From assembly GCA_034429745.1 (NCBI GenBank), contig DAOUFY010000123.1, positions 895 to 64,894 of the forward strand: a stretch of DNA of 64,000 nt, read 5' to 3'. Below are positions 47,005-55,600 of this stretch, piece by piece (the stretch's first letter is position 1; each line of letters opens with the position of its first letter). Under the pieces are notes generated by a model, which saw only the letters and a program-made list of their open reading frames with translations, was not told the DNA's origin and searched no databases. Made by a program: the position numbers and the translations under genes. This DNA is from Anaerolineales bacterium (lineage in GTDB: Bacteria > Chloroflexota > Anaerolineae > Anaerolineales > DRKV01).

Positions 47005-49113
47005 TTATTGCACTCCCCACAGCTGTATAGCCCCACCATCAGACCCTGAAGCAAGAACCTCACCATCTGGTGAAAAAGCTACGCTCATCATCATGCCGGC
47101 GTCTCCCTCCAATGTACGTAGCAGCTCCCCATCTGCTGCCCGCCACAACCTCACACTCCCATCAGCCGACCCTGAGGCAAGAACAGTCCCGTCAGGCGAG
47201 AACGATATGCTCGAAATCCAATTCGTATGTCCTTCCAACGCGCGCAGCAACTCACCGTCCGCTGCTCGCCACAGCCGTACGGTACGATCCCCAGCCCCTG
47301 AAGCAAGCAATTTATCGTCTGGTGAGAAGGCTACGCTATATACCCCGTACGTATGTCCCTCCAATATGCGCAGCAACTCACCGTCCGCTGCTTGCCACAG
47401 CCGTACAGTGTTATCCCCGGAACCTGAGGCAATGACCGAACCATCCGCTGAGTAAGATACGCTTAATATTCCATCCGTGTGCCCCTCCAACGTGTGCAGC
47501 AGCATACCATCCTTTACCCCCCACAAGCGCACAGTGTTATCTCCAGACCCCGAGGCAAGGATCGAGCTGTCAGGTGAGAAGGTTACACTCGTTACATAGG
47601 ATGTGTGTCCCCATAGGGTACGCAGCAGCTCCCCGTCCGCTGCTCGCCACAGACGCACAGTGCGGTCCCCAGACCCTGTGGCAATGGTCAACCCATCCGC
47701 CGAATAAGCTATACTATTCACCCTATCCGTATGCCCCCACAACCTTCGCAGCAACTTACCGTCTGCTGCCCGCCATAGCCGCACAGTACCATTATCTGAC
47801 CCTGAGGCAAGAACTGACCCATCCGCTGAGTAGGCTATGCTCATCACCTTATCCTTTTGTCGCTCCAGTGTGCGCAGCAGTTGTACTTGAGCAGCATTTG
47901 CAGCAGAAATTCGTCTTTCCTGCACCGTCGCAGTTGCGCTAAATCGTTCAGTGGCAATAATCTCGTCCTTCTGCTCTATATCCTTCCTTTGCTGCCAACT
48001 TATCTCTTGTGTAAGCCCTTGTGCTACTCTCATTTGCGGTTCCATATCTTTCCTTTGCTGCCAAATGACACCCCAAGCAGCTATTATAAGAACAATAACC
48101 GCCGTTACCCATATCCACCTTTGAGTTAGTTGAAGGTTGGGGTGTTCCGCGGGAATCTTATTTGATAAAACTACCCTCTCCTCTGCTTTCATTCCATTAT
48201 TAGCTTTAGCTTTCTTAATCACCGTGTCCTCTAGCTCACTTGCCCTCTTCTCTCCGCTTGACTGCGACACGTTTATCGCTGCTCCGATCAACTTTTTCAT
48301 CGCACCAACCATCTCGTCCATCCCAGCATAGCGATCCCGCCAATCTTTTGCCAGCGCCTTGATTATCAAGTCCTCCGCTTCATCCGGGAGATCAGTCATT
48401 ATTTGCGATGGCTTTAGCAGTGGTTCTGTGGCTTGCTTGATGGCTATCGCCATCGGCGTGGTGGCTGTGTACGGCTTTCTCCCAGTTACCATCTCATAGA
48501 GAATCACCCCCAACGCATACTGGTCTGATTGTGGTAATGCCTCTCCTCTCCATTGCTCCGGCGCCATGTATTCCGGCGTGCCTACCCCAGCTCCACTCCT
48601 AGTCAATGCGGTCTCTTCCCCTTCCAGTATTTTCGCAACCCCAAAATCGGCAAGCATCAGCTCACCTGAGCGCGTGATCAATATATTCGAGGGTTTTACA
48701 TCGCGGTGTACTATTCCTTCTCCATGAGCATATTCCAATGCACAGGCTATGGGTAACAGTAGCTGTAGAGCTTCTATATACGACAGCTGACAACGCTCCT
48801 GCAGTAAAGATTTGAGTGTCCCTTTAGGCAGATACTCCATCACTAGATACGGCGAACCCTCATATTCTCCATAATCATATACCTTCACAATATTCGGGTG
48901 TGAAAGCCGCGCTAGCGATTTAGCCTCCCTCTCAAAACGCCTGAGAATACGCTTCAGAACAGCCGGCGCAAATTGCTCGGTGCGTATGACTTTGATAGCC
49001 ACATGGCGCTCAAGACGCGTATCGTAAGCTTTATAAACTATAGCCATCCCCCCTTCCCCTATTTGCTCAAGAATATGGTACCGCTCAAGATATTGTCCAA
49101 CGAGATTGGTCAT
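47005..49113 (-). CDS. Ser/Thr protein kinase with a TM helix and a seven-blade WD40 domain
   Basis: Kinase motifs GEGGMAIVYKA, HRDVKPSNIL, DFG and APE. One TM helix and 7 x 42-aa WD repeats (GHT...VRLW). Start at ATG 49113, since the AAGGAGG SD lies inside the longer ORF-track version. Confidence 0.9.
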   Translation of the reverse strand: MTNLVGQYLERYHILEQIGEGGMAIVYKAYDTRLERHVAIKVIRTEQFAPAVLKRILRRFEREAKSLARLSHPNIVKVYDYGEYEGSPYLVMEYLPKGTLKSLLQERCQLSYIEALQLLLPIACALEYAHGEGIVHRDVKPSNILITRSGELMLADFGVAKILEGEETALTRSGAGVGTPEYMAPEQWRGEALPQSDQYALGVILYEMVTGRKPYTATTPMAIAIKQATEPLLKPSQIMTDLPDEAEDLIIKALAKDWRDRYAGMDEMVGAMKKLIGAAINVSQSSGEKRASELEDTVIKKAKANNGMKAEERVVLSNKIPAEHPNLQLTQRWIWVTAVIVLIIAAWGVIWQQRKDMEPQMRVAQGLTQEISWQQRKDIEQKDEIIATERFSATATVQERRISAANAAQVQLLRTLERQKDKVMSIAYSADGSVLASGSDNGTVRLWRAADGKLLRRLWGHTDRVNSIAYSADGLTIATGSGDRTVRLWRAADGELLRTLWGHTSYVTSVTFSPDSSILASGSGDNTVRLWGVKDGMLLHTLEGHTDGILSVSYSADGSVIASGSGDNTVRLWQAADGELLRILEGHTYGVYSVAFSPDDKLLASGAGDRTVRLWRAADGELLRALEGHTNWISSISFSPDGTVLASGSADGSVRLWRAADGELLRTLEGDAGMMMSVAFSPDGEVLASGSDGGAIQLWGVQ
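47008..47889. repeat. Seven tandem 126-bp WD40-blade coding repeats with high nucleotide similarity
   Basis: Recurring ...GTVRLWRAADGELLRTLEGHT... at both protein and DNA level. The repeats generate long spurious antisense ORFs. Confidence 0.85.
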
Positions 49114-49630
49114 TGAGACCTCCTTTGCCAAGATTAATAAATCTTCCTAACAAACTACAATAGTTCAAATGATCATAATTTACCTCTATCTTCTGTTCCT
49201 TGTGCACTCTTGGTAAACAAATCGCTTTCCAGCGTAAATTAGCATCCTTTCTTCCTTAACTTAATTTATCATCAATAGTGAACATGATCATTTTAGGGGG
49301 CTATCAAACAAACTATATTTTTCCTAGGCTTCATTTATTAAAAAAGCAAAATTTATAGACACCAACTCTACCATTTTCATTATAGCACCGGAATTTCGCA
49401 TTGAGACATAAATCTCAATCTCTATGCTGTATCTTGCGTAACTTTTTTTAGAGAAGCGGGTTTTCTTTGTTAGGAAAAAGATTCTCACCTGCGAGTTGCA
49501 TTAGACAAAACGCTTCCCTTTAACCCAATCGGTTTTCAATTTAGTACCGTTATTGGCGAGCCTTAGCTTGCATAAGCAAAGGTGAGATTTTTTCTATCTA
49601 ACTTCACGAAAAAAGGAGATCGTATTCAAG

Positions 49631-52600
49631 ATGAGTACTACTCAACCTATTGCGATTGTTGGTTTAGGTGCCATTTTGCCTGATGCGCTAAATGTTCAGG
49701 ATTTTTGGCAAAACCTGCTTTCCGCTCGCTATAGCATTAGCGAGGTTACTAAAGACCGCTGGGACGAAGCTCTGTATTACGACTCTGACCCAAGCGTTCC
49801 TGATAAAACTTATTCAAAAATTGGCGGGTTTGTGCGCGGTTTTCGTTTTGAGCCCCTAAAGATGAAGCTGCCTATTCCACCTAATGTCGCCGCTGTCATG
49901 GATGAAGCCCAGCAATGGGCTATCGTTGCCAGCTATCAAGCCTTGCAGGATTATGGTTACCCTCAACGCTCACTTGATCCAGAAAGGGTGGCGGTTATCT
50001 TTGGCAACTCTATGGCTGGCGAATATCATTATCGAACCAATATGCGCATCTTTTTACCAGAGTACGAACAAGCGCTGGCTTCCTCTGAAGCTTTTCGCCA
50101 ATTAACCCCCGAAATTCAAGCGGCAATTTTGGAAGGGTTTAAATCCCAAATCCGCTCACGTATCCCCAACATCACCGAAGATACCATGCCCGGCGAGCTT
50201 TCAAATATCATCGCCGGCAGGGTCGCTAACTTATTCAACTTCAGTGGGCCCAATTTTGTTACTGATGCAGCTTGTGCCTCATCCTTCGCCGCACTTCAAG
50301 CAGCTATCGAAGGCTTGCAATCATACCAATTTGATGCTGTGCTTAGCGGCGGCATTGACCGCAATATGGGCGTTGAATCTTATGTAAAGTTCTGCAAAAT
50401 CGGCGCTCTTAGCCCGGATGGATCCCGCCCGTATGCCGATGGAGCTAATGGCTTCGTGATGGGTGAAGGTGCAGTGGTTTTCTTGCTTAAACGCCTAGCC
50501 GATGCCGAAAAAGATCAAGATCGCATCTATGCCGTTATCCGCGGAATAGGCGGCAGCAGTGATGGGAAAGGCAAAGGTATTACTGCTCCCAACCCATTAG
50601 GTCAGCAGCGAGCTATTGAACGTGCTTGGAAAAACGCTGCTCTATCTCCGAGTACTGCAACTCTCATCGAAGGTCATGGCACATCAACTCGAGTAGGTGA
50701 TGTGGTTGAAGTGAACACATTGAATACGGTGTTCTCACCCTTCAATCTGCCAACCGCCTCGATAGCTTTAGGTTCAGTAAAATCAAACATAGGCCATCTT
50801 AAAAGCGCAGCTGGAGCAGCTGGCTTGTTAAAAACCGTGCTTTCCCTTTATCATAAAAAACTCCTCCCCAACGCTAACTTCCATCGTCCAAATCCTAATT
50901 TAGACTTTGACCGTCTTCCTTTCTATGTGCTGACCACAGTAAAAGATTGGGATCAACCTAAAGCAGATATCCGCCGTGCCGGCATAAGTTCATTTGGGTT
51001 TGGTGGTACAAACTTCCATCTTGTCGTGGAAGAATATCTGCCCGGCTATGCCTTAAAGGGTTCCTCTTCTTACAGCGGCGTTGCATTGTCTGTTGCTCCT
51101 ATTCAATCAGCTTCCCCTGCCCACGTTAATGCGCAAACGATCCCTCAATCAATACCTGCAACACAAGTACAGTCAGCTTCTCCCTCACCAGCACCTCAGC
51201 CTGCTAATGCTGATATTCAAGCCACTGTCCTCAAACTCGTCGCTGAAAAAACCGGCTACCCTGAGGATATGCTCGACCTAGACCTCGACCTCGAAGCTGA
51301 CCTCGGTATTGATACCGTCAAGCAAGCTGAACTCTTCGCCACCATCCGCCAGCATTTCGGCATCCCCCGCCGCGAAGACCTGCGCCTCGCTGACTACAAT
51401 ACCCTCGCTAAAGTCATCCAATTCATGCAAGAAGCTCTCTCAGGCAGTTCACCTGCCCAAGCACCTCAACCAACAACAGCACCGCAGACAGCTCAGTCGG
51501 CTTCTCCCTCACCAGCACCTCAGCCTGCCAATGCTGATATTCAAGCCACTGTCCTCAAACTCGTCGCTGAAAAAACCGGCTACCCTGAGGATATGCTCGA
51601 CTTAGACCTCGACCTTGAAGCTGACCTCGGCATTGACACCGTCAAGCAAGCTGAACTCTTCGCTACCATCCGCCAGCACTTTGGCATCCCTCGCCGCGAA
51701 GACCTGCGCCTCGCTGACTACAACACCCTCGCCAAAGTCATCCAATTCATGCAAGAAGCCCTCTCAGGCAGTTCACCTGCCCAAGCACCTCAACCTTCAC
51801 CAGCACCGCAGGCAGCTCAGCAAGCTTCTCCCTCCCCAGCACCTCAGCCTGCTAATGCTGATATTCAAGCCACTGTCCTCAAGCTCGTCGCTGAAAAAAC
51901 CGGCTATCCTGAGGATATGCTCGACCTAGACCTCGACCTCGAAGCTGACCTCGGTATTGATACCGTCAAGCAAGCTGAACTCTTCGCCACCATCCGCCAG
52001 CATTTCGGCATCCCCCGCCGCGAAGATCTGCGCCTCGCTGATTACAACACCCTCGCCAAAGTCATCCAATTTATGCAAGAAGCCCTCTCAGGCAGTTCAC
52101 CTGCCCAAGCACCTCAACCAACAGCAGCTGCAGCCATATCCGTTGAAAAGGCTACCTTGCCTCCTTCTGCACCTCAGGCGTCAGCCCAGCCCAGACAGCG
52201 TGGATTGCGCGGAATTCTCTTCCTCAGTGCAACCGATCCCCAATCTCTACAGCAGCAGTGCGAACAAGCAATTAATGCAACCCGCAATGGGATTTTGCCA
52301 AATCAAGCTCCACTTTCCACTCATGAACTTTCTCAACCCGAACGATTAGCTATAGACTATGGCAGCGCTGAAGAACTTATAAAACGCGCTGAAAAAGCTC
52401 TTTCGGCTTTTGAAAACCCATCGCTTTGGCAAAATTTAACCGGGCAAGGCATTTATCGCTTCAGCGGTTCTAATAAAGACCACAAAGTAGCTTTCCTTTT
52501 CCCCGGTCAAGGTTCTCAATATGCCAATATGCTGCGCGACTTATTTGATGTTTCTTCTTCGGTAAGAGATACTTACGCCGAAGCAGATGCCGTTATGACA

Positions 52601-55600
52601 CCCCTTCTTGGCAAACCGCTTACCGACTACATTTTTTGTGAAAATACCGAAGAAGCTATTAAAGCCGCTGAAGCCGAATTGAAAAACACCATCATTACCC
52701 AGCCGGCTGTACTTACCGCAAATGTCGCTTTGATGCGTCTGCTGGGAGAATACAATATTCATCCCGATCTTGTGATTGGACACAGTCTTGGTGAATATGC
52801 TGCCTTAGTCGCAGCAGGAGTGCTCAGCTTTGCAGAAGCGCTTGAAGTTGTCAGTGCGCGCGGCCGTGAGATGAGCAAAGTTACTGTTGCGGATAACGGC
52901 ACCATGGCAGCTATTTCTGCCCCTCTAGAAGTAGTCGAATCAACACTCAAGCAAATTGACGGCTATATCGTTATCGCTAATATTAATAGTCCTTCCCAGT
53001 CCGTGATTGCCGGGGAAACCGCTGCAGTTGCTTCAGCAATCGAAGCTTTTCAAGCTGCCGGCTACCAAGCAGTCAAACTATCAGTATCTCACGCTTTTCA
53101 CAGTAAAATTGTTGCACCAGCCAGCGAACCGTTGCGCAAAGTCATTCAGCGCATGCACATTCACCCCCCCAAGCTGCCTATTGCAGCTAACGTTACTGGT
53201 GATCTATACCCCAACACAGTTGAGGAAATAACAGACTTGCTCTGTCAGCAGATTGCATCACCAGTTCAATTCATTCGCGGCATCAATACGCTATACAATC
53301 ATGGAGCTCGCATATTTGTGGAAGTTGGTCCCAAACGCGTCCTCAGTACTTTGGCTTTAGAAATCCTTAAAGACAAAAACGATGTGTATATTTTTTCCAC
53401 TAACCACCCACGCAAGGGCGGAATTGCCAGCTTCAATGAAGGGTTATGTGGCTTATATGCTTGCGGTTTGCCTCGTCAAACAGCAGGAACAACAATCCAA
53501 TCAACGCAGATGCCCTCCATCCCCAAGAATACTTCAATCAAATACACTAGCTTTCCTAAATGGAATGGCCGTCTTCCGTTAAGCGGTTCCGTGGTCATCA
53601 GTGGTGCAGGACTAGGTTTACCCGGTAAAGCTCACCACGTTTTCGAAGATGACAATATTCAACGGCTGCTCAATGGTGAAATGCGCATTGATCCACTTCC
53701 TGAAGAGATTCGGCGTGAGATGGTCTCTCTGCGTATTACTCGTTTAGAAAAAAGCGAAAGTGGTGCGGTGATGGTACCTATAGAATCAACCAATCAAGTA
53801 ATAAAGCTAGCCGGTCAACGCGGTGCTTTTGATTTGCATCAGGAGTTTGGCATACCTCAGGAGAGAGTAGATGCCCTCGATATAACCACTCAGCTCGCTA
53901 TCGCTGCCGGAATTGAGGCGCTGCGCGACGCAGGCATTCCACTAATAATGAATTTCCGTAAAACCAGCAAAGGCACTTATTTGCCTGACCGTTGGATGCT
54001 CCCTCCGGCTTTAGCTGACGAAACCGGCGTAATCTTTGCTTCCGCCTTCCCCGGCTTAGGTGGTATGGCAGAAGAGCTTGAACGCTACTACACCGCCCAG
54101 CAAATTCAGGCCCAAATCTCAGAAATAAGCAGCTTGCTTGATCTTATACCTAATGATAATCAAGCTTTGCGTGAAAATCTGCTCAATCGCTTAGCGGAAT
54201 TGGAAGAGCAATCGAAAGCTCATCCCTATCAATTTAACCGTAACTTCATCTTTCGTGTGCTGACGATGGGACATTCCCAATTTGCTGAATACATTGGGGC
54301 GCGCGGTCCAAACACTGCGGTCAACGCTGCTTGTGCTACAACAACTCATGCCTTGGCTATAGCAGAAGATTGGATCCGCGCCGGACGCTGCCGCCGCGTT
54401 ATTGTCATCGCCGGCGACGATCCAACAAGCGGCAGTATTGCTCCTTGGATCAGCGGCGGGATGTTCGCCAGCGGCGCAGCAACCACGGAAGGTAATTTGC
54501 GCCTTGCTGCCCTACCCTTTGATCGGCGTCGTAACGGAATGCTTATGGGAATGGGCGCAGCTGCCCTTGTCGTAGAAGCTCAAGAAGCCCTTGTTGAACG
54601 CGGTATGACACCCATCTGCGAAATTCTTGCCTCCGTCATAGCTAACAGTGCCTTCCATGGAACACGCTTAAACATAGACCATGTAAGTCAGGTAATGGAC
54701 CGAGTACTGAGCGAAGCAGAAACTCGCTACGGCATTAAGCGTTCTGAGATTGCCCCTCATACAGTATTCATCTCACATGAAACTTACACCCCGGCTCGCG
54801 GCGGCAGTGCTTCAGCTGAGATCCGTGCCCTGCGCTACACCTTTGGAGACCAAGCGGATAAAGTGATGATCGCCAATACCAAAGGTTACACTGGTCATGC
54901 TATGGGCGTCGGCATCGAGGACGTGCTTGCCACAAAAGCTCTGGAATACCAAATCGTTCCTCCGATTGCTCATATCAATGATGGCTTTGAACCCGATCCG
55001 GAATTGGGCAACCTCAACCTCTCGCGTGGCGGCAAAGCTGATGTTCACTACGCCTTACGGCTTGGAGCAGGTTTCGGTTCTCAGATCGCCATGTCCTTGA
55101 TGCGGAAAGTTGGCACCGCCGGGCAGCGTATTGACCATCCTCGCTACCAGAAGTGGCTATCCAACATCTCTGGTTACCCCAACCCGACATTAGAGGTTGT
55201 TCAACATACTTTGCGGATCAAAAATGAAGGCGTCCCTCCTCAACCTCCTGCAGATTCTGAATGGCAATATGGTCAGGTTCCAAAGGCTTGGGCATTAGAC
55301 GTACCGCCAACAGCAGATGCTTTCTTAGCTCACAGTGAGTCTATCCCTAGTGCTGATCAGTCCGAGATAACCCAACAACCAACACCGCAGAGTCCGGCAG
55401 CAACTAGTCCAATTGAACATGCTGACCCAACAACCTTAGCTGAAGTAGCTCAACACGTTCAACGCGCCCTAGTAAACGGCTCAGACCCCCTCAGCCTGTC
55501 AGCATATAAAGAACTATTTGAGCCGGCAAGCAAACTCCCCCAAGTAAGTGAAGAAAAGAGGATTTCACTGCTTGCACCAATTTTCAAAGCTGCTAGTCAA

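Noticed and set aside
46982-47942. Plus-strand ORFs of 157, 121 and 122 aa antisense to the WD40 domain
   Set aside because: They are a repeat-driven artefact. The periodic WD40 coding repeats keep the antisense frames open. Their sequences are low-complexity (SP/AA/R-rich), while the sense strand has clear kinase and WD40 motifs.
51081-52349. Four plus-strand alternative-frame ORFs (66-130 aa) within the ACP repeat region
   Set aside because: They are out-of-frame readings of the three near-identical 324-bp repeats inside the 2857-aa synthase gene.
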